A stretch of 64,000 nt of DNA from Cohaesibacter sp. (GTDB lineage Bacteria > Pseudomonadota > Alphaproteobacteria > Rhizobiales > Cohaesibacteraceae): positions 1,489-65,488 of the forward strand of contig JAOXSG010000593.1 in assembly GCA_025800105.1 (NCBI GenBank). The letters are read 5' to 3'. Position 1 is the first letter of the stretch. Each line of letters starts with the position of its first letter. Positions 60,276 to 64,000 of the stretch are shown here, piece by piece. The translations under genes and the position numbers were made by a program. Under the pieces are notes generated by a model that was not told the origin of the DNA, did no database searches, and saw nothing but the letters and a program-made list of their open reading frames with translations.

Positions 60276-61142
60276 GTGAAAGTCTTCCTCAAAAGCGATC
60301 GGGATGAGGGACACCAAGTCAAGAAAGTGACCATGACCGAGCCAACTGAACAATCTTTTCTGTCTGCAAGCCAAAGAGAACCAGTCTCACCACTGGATGA
60401 AGCCGGTTTGCATGATGGTCAGGGTTGGCTGACGATCCACGATATCGGAAAAAGCTATAAACGGCGCACCGTTGTCAGCTCTGCATCCCTTGCGGTGCAA
60501 CGGGGCGAGGCTGTTGGTCTGTTAGGTCCCAATGGCGCAGGCAAAACCACGGTCTTTTATATGATCACCGGGTTGGTGCGCCCGGACAAAGGCTATATTT
60601 CTTTGGATGGCTATGACATCACCAAATTGCCCATGTATCGTCGGGCACGGCTGGGGATTGGCTATCTGCCACAGGAAGCGTCTATTTTTCGTGGTCTCAA
60701 TGTTGAGCAGAATATCATGGCCGTTTTGCAATTGGTTGAGCCAAACAGGAAAAAGCGTAAACAGCAATTGGACGAATTGCTGGAAGAATTTTCCATCACC
60801 CATTTGCGCAAAAGCCCATCCATTGCCCTGTCAGGGGGCGAGCGTCGCCGTCTGGAAATTGCCCGCGCTCTGGCCTCTCGTCCCTCTTTCATGTTGCTTG
60901 ATGAGCCATTTGCCGGAGTTGATCCGATTGCGGTTGGCGATATCCAGCAATTGGTGCGCCATTTGACGGCGCGGGGCATCGGCGTTTTGATCACCGACCA
61001 CAATGTGCGCGAAACCCTGTCCCTCATTGATCGGGCCTTCATTATCCATTCCGGGCAAGTGCTGACCAATGGCACCCCGCAGGAAATCATCGACAATCCC
61101 GATGTCCGCCGCCTCTATCTGGGCGAAAGTTTCACGATGTAG
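60276..61142 (+). CDS. lptB: LPS export ABC ATPase LptB
   Basis: GLLGPNGAGKTT, YLPQEASIFR, LSGGERRR, LITDHNVRETL, YLGE; start uncertain. Confidence 0.96.
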   Translation: MKVFLKSDRDEGHQVKKVTMTEPTEQSFLSASQREPVSPLDEAGLHDGQGWLTIHDIGKSYKRRTVVSSASLAVQRGEAVGLLGPNGAGKTTVFYMITGLVRPDKGYISLDGYDITKLPMYRRARLGIGYLPQEASIFRGLNVEQNIMAVLQLVEPNRKKRKQQLDELLEEFSITHLRKSPSIALSGGERRRLEIARALASRPSFMLLDEPFAGVDPIAVGDIQQLVRHLTARGIGVLITDHNVRETLSLIDRAFIIHSGQVLTNGTPQEIIDNPDVRRLYLGESFTM

Positions 61143-61270
61143 GCTGACAGCCCTTTTTTGAAACGCGCGATGTTCCCAAAGAGCTTCTGCATTTTACCGA
61201 TTTTAAAACTATTCAACCAGTTTGTCTTATAAGGATTTGTGCTTGTCTGTTTAGCACTGCTATACTGGCA

Positions 61271-61286
61271 AGCAAGTCTTATACCA
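61271..61286 (-). promoter_or_regulatory. Sigma-54 -24/-12 site in antisense orientation upstream of rpoN
   Basis: Minus strand TGGTAT-AAGAC-TTGCT fits TGGYAY-N5-TTGCW. Confidence 0.6.
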
Positions 61287-61322
61287 AATCATTGGTTCAG
61301 TCTTTGAAAGCGGACAATTTGT

Positions 61323-62891
61323 ATGGCCTTGACGCCCCGATTAGATCTTCGACAAAGCCAGTCTTTGGTCATGACACCACAGCTGATGCAAGCCATTCAG
61401 TTGTTGCAAATGTCCAATCTGGAATTGACCGCCCATATTCAAAAAGAGCTGGAAAGCAATCCGTTGCTGGAGCAGGCCGGAGCAGACACCGGAACCGAGG
61501 ACTTACCCGCTCACTCTGACCAGATGGCCAATGAACAGGCCAGTGCAGCTGCTGCGGATGGTCAAGGCACTGAGGAGAATGCAGCACCGCTCGATCTGGC
61601 TGACCAAATGGGCGAGAAAGCAGCCGATCATACCGAGGCCATCAATCAGGATTTGGATGCGCGTCTGGACAATGTGTTTCCCGATGACAATGGCCCAAAC
61701 AATCAAAATGACGCTCCCCAGCTCAATGACCCATGGATGTCAACACCAACCCGCAATGGCGGCGCGGCCCCCGATTTTGATCTCGAAGCGGTGTTGGCAG
61801 GCGAGCAAAGCCTGAGCGATCATTTGGAACAACAATTAAGCACAGCCATTGCAGAGCCCCGTGGTCGCATCATTGGGCAATTTCTGATCAATGAATTGGA
61901 TGAACAAGGTTACTTAAAATCAGACCTTTCCCTCGTTGCTAACCGATTGGGCATTGAGCGCCAGGAAGTGGAAGAGGTGCTGGCAATTTTGCAAACATTC
62001 GAGCCATGCGGCGTCTTTGCGCGGTCTTTGGCCGAATGTCTGGCTCTGCAATTAAAAGACAAGAATCGCTTTGATCCAGCCATAGAAGCGCTGTTGGACA
62101 ATCTGGATTTGTTGGCCAAGCGCGATTTTGTGGCGTTAAAGCGTTTATGTAAAGTGGATGACGATGATTTTGCCGAAATGGTGGCAGAGATCCGCGCCTT
62201 GGATCCAAGACCGGGCAGTGCGTTTGGTCATGTAACAATTCAGCCGGTCATCCCCGATGTCTTTGTGCGACAAAATAACGATGGCAGTTGGAAGCTGGAA
62301 TTGAACAGCGAAACCTTGCCACGGGTTCTGGTCAATCGCACCTATTATGCCACAATCAGCAAATCCACCAAAGACAGTCAGGAAAAGGAATTTCTGGTTG
62401 ATTGTCTGCAAAATGCCAATTGGCTGGTCAAAAGTCTGGATCAGCGCGCCCAAACCATTTTGAAAGTGTCAACCGAGATTGTGCGCCAGCAAGATGCCTT
62501 TTTCGCCTATGGGGTCACACATTTGCGGCCCCTGACCCTAAAAATGGTCGCAGATGCCATCTCCATGCATGAATCAACGGTGAGCCGCGTCACCTCAAAC
62601 AAATATATGGCGACCAATCGCGGCGTGTTTGAGCTGAAATATTTCTTCACTTCAGCCATCTCAGCCACCAGTGGCGCCGATAGCCATTCCGCCGAAGCCG
62701 TCAAACACAGAATTCGTCAGGCCATTGATCAGGAAGATGTCAAGAAAATCCTCTCCGATGATGCATTGGTCACTTTGTTGCGCGCCGAAGGCATCGATAT
62801 TGCAAGGCGAACCGTGGCCAAATATCGTGAAGCCATGAACATTCCCTCCTCTGTGCAAAGACGCAGAGAAAAGAAGGCGGCACTGGGATAA
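61323..62891 (+). CDS. rpoN: RNA polymerase sigma-54 factor
   Basis: MTPQLMQAIQLLQ, HESTVSR, RpoN box ARRTVAKYRE. Confidence 0.98.
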   Translation: MALTPRLDLRQSQSLVMTPQLMQAIQLLQMSNLELTAHIQKELESNPLLEQAGADTGTEDLPAHSDQMANEQASAAAADGQGTEENAAPLDLADQMGEKAADHTEAINQDLDARLDNVFPDDNGPNNQNDAPQLNDPWMSTPTRNGGAAPDFDLEAVLAGEQSLSDHLEQQLSTAIAEPRGRIIGQFLINELDEQGYLKSDLSLVANRLGIERQEVEEVLAILQTFEPCGVFARSLAECLALQLKDKNRFDPAIEALLDNLDLLAKRDFVALKRLCKVDDDDFAEMVAEIRALDPRPGSAFGHVTIQPVIPDVFVRQNNDGSWKLELNSETLPRVLVNRTYYATISKSTKDSQEKEFLVDCLQNANWLVKSLDQRAQTILKVSTEIVRQQDAFFAYGVTHLRPLTLKMVADAISMHESTVSRVTSNKYMATNRGVFELKYFFTSAISATSGADSHSAEAVKHRIRQAIDQEDVKKILSDDALVTLLRAEGIDIARRTVAKYREAMNIPSSVQRRREKKAALG

Positions 62892-63387
62892 CAAAGTCCT
62901 GATAGACCATATTTGATTCGTTTTATCGAGCCGCAACAGCGCCTCTGTGGCATATCAAAAGATGAGGGAAGCATACTAAAAATTATTGTAATTTTATAAC
63001 AATTTAAAATTGTATTTTTGGCATTTATTTCAATAATTTTGCCCGGTGGATAAGAAATGAAAGAAAGCGCTTTCCTAACCAAATCTCATCACAGCGCTGG
63101 CCAAGGCGATTTTTTTTTGGCACACTAATCTCATGCACTACATAAAATTCCACGACATTGACATTGCAAAGAGAAAAGCCTACATGCATTCCCTCCAAGG
63201 ATTGCATGACGGTCATTTCACTGACGGGCCCTGTCCAGCCGAAAGGGTCTTGGCATTTTTGTTGTGGTTTGATGTGAGTGCTTGTGGTCAGCCGGGGCTA
63301 AAATGACTTATGTCAGGGCCTTGGTCCTTCTTTTGATGAGAATGGATAAAGTGACCTTTTCTTTGACCCAAATTGTTAGGGGGTTCT

Positions 63388-63951
63388 ATGACACTTCGAG
63401 TATCTGGCAAGCAAGTGGATGTAGGGGAATCTCTACGCACCTATGCAGAAGCACGTATTGCAGAGAGCGTTGAAAAATATTTTGATGGCAGCTTCTCCGG
63501 CCATATGACCTTGGAAAAAGAGGGCATTGGCTTCAAAAGCGATTGTGTTGTGCATCTTGATACCGGGATGGTGTTGCAAGCCAGCGGATCAGATTCCGAT
63601 CCGCAAAAAAGCTTCGAGCTGGCGGCAGAGCATATCGAAAAGCGTCTGCGCCGCTATAAGCGCAAACTGAAAAACCATCGCAATGAAAAAGCTGTGCCGA
63701 TTGAAGCAGCGTATGGCGTGCTGGAGCATCCAGATGCTCAGGAAGAAGTCGCAGAAGACTTCACGCCCGTTGTGATCGCAGAATCGACCTCTCCCATCCG
63801 CGCCATGTCTGTTGGCGATGCGGTTATGGAGCTGGATCTGGTCGATGCCCCTGTCGTTGTGTTCCGCAATGCAGGTGACGATGGCATCAATGTCGTGTAT
63901 AAACGCAAAGACGGCCATATCGGCTGGGTTAATCCGACATTGGCCAAATAA
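63388..63951 (+). CDS. hpf: Ribosome hibernation promoting factor (long HPF/RaiA)
   Basis: SGKQVDVGESLR, IEKRLRRYKRKLK, C-terminal NVVYKRKDG.IGW; downstream of rpoN. Confidence 0.94.
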   Translation: MTLRVSGKQVDVGESLRTYAEARIAESVEKYFDGSFSGHMTLEKEGIGFKSDCVVHLDTGMVLQASGSDSDPQKSFELAAEHIEKRLRRYKRKLKNHRNEKAVPIEAAYGVLEHPDAQEEVAEDFTPVVIAESTSPIRAMSVGDAVMELDLVDAPVVVFRNAGDDGINVVYKRKDGHIGWVNPTLAK

Positions 63952-63976
63952 GCCAAATACAAATTTAAAAGACATC

Positions 63977-64000
63977 AGGCCTTTCCCACGGGAGAGGCCT
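63977..64000 (+). terminator. Hairpin after hpf (truncated by the window edge)
   Basis: aggcctttccc-ac-gggagaggcct. Confidence 0.5.

Noticed and set aside
63117-63135. TGGCAC as a sigma-54 promoter for hpf
   Set aside because: No GC at the -12 position with correct spacing

Overview
Window from an alphaproteobacterial (Hyphomicrobiales/Rhizobiales-type) chromosome with three parts. (1) 1-7350: the 5' part of a large RTX/Ig-repeat protein on the minus strand (absent from the ORF track because its stop lies outside the window), a divergent type I secretion ABC/MFP pair and a frameshifted MATE gene. (2) 7358-26009: a tandem array of integrative elements at the 3' end of tRNA-Ala(GGC). The larger one is an apparently intact ~17.2 kb element carrying a tyrosine integrase, a Rep-like gene flanked by exact 15-bp direct repeats, a C4-like antisense RNA with its target, a serine recombinase and defence-type cargo (two HEPN genes, a soluble+4TM pair, a ThsB-like TIR with a 3TM partner, an AcrVA2/FinQ-like protein). 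Beside it lies a 1.3 kb decayed sister element whose integrase start is interrupted by a palindromic mini-insertion. A 14-bp palindrome, TGAACCCGGGT(T/G)CA, recurs through both elements. (3) 26263-64000: ordinary core genes (aroA-cmk-rpsA-sppA-ihfB, trpFBA-accD-folC, trxA-addAB-murU-tsaE-divL-ahcY, ugd, rnd-lptCAB-rpoN-hpf). All family assignments come from reading motifs by eye; no database search was run.
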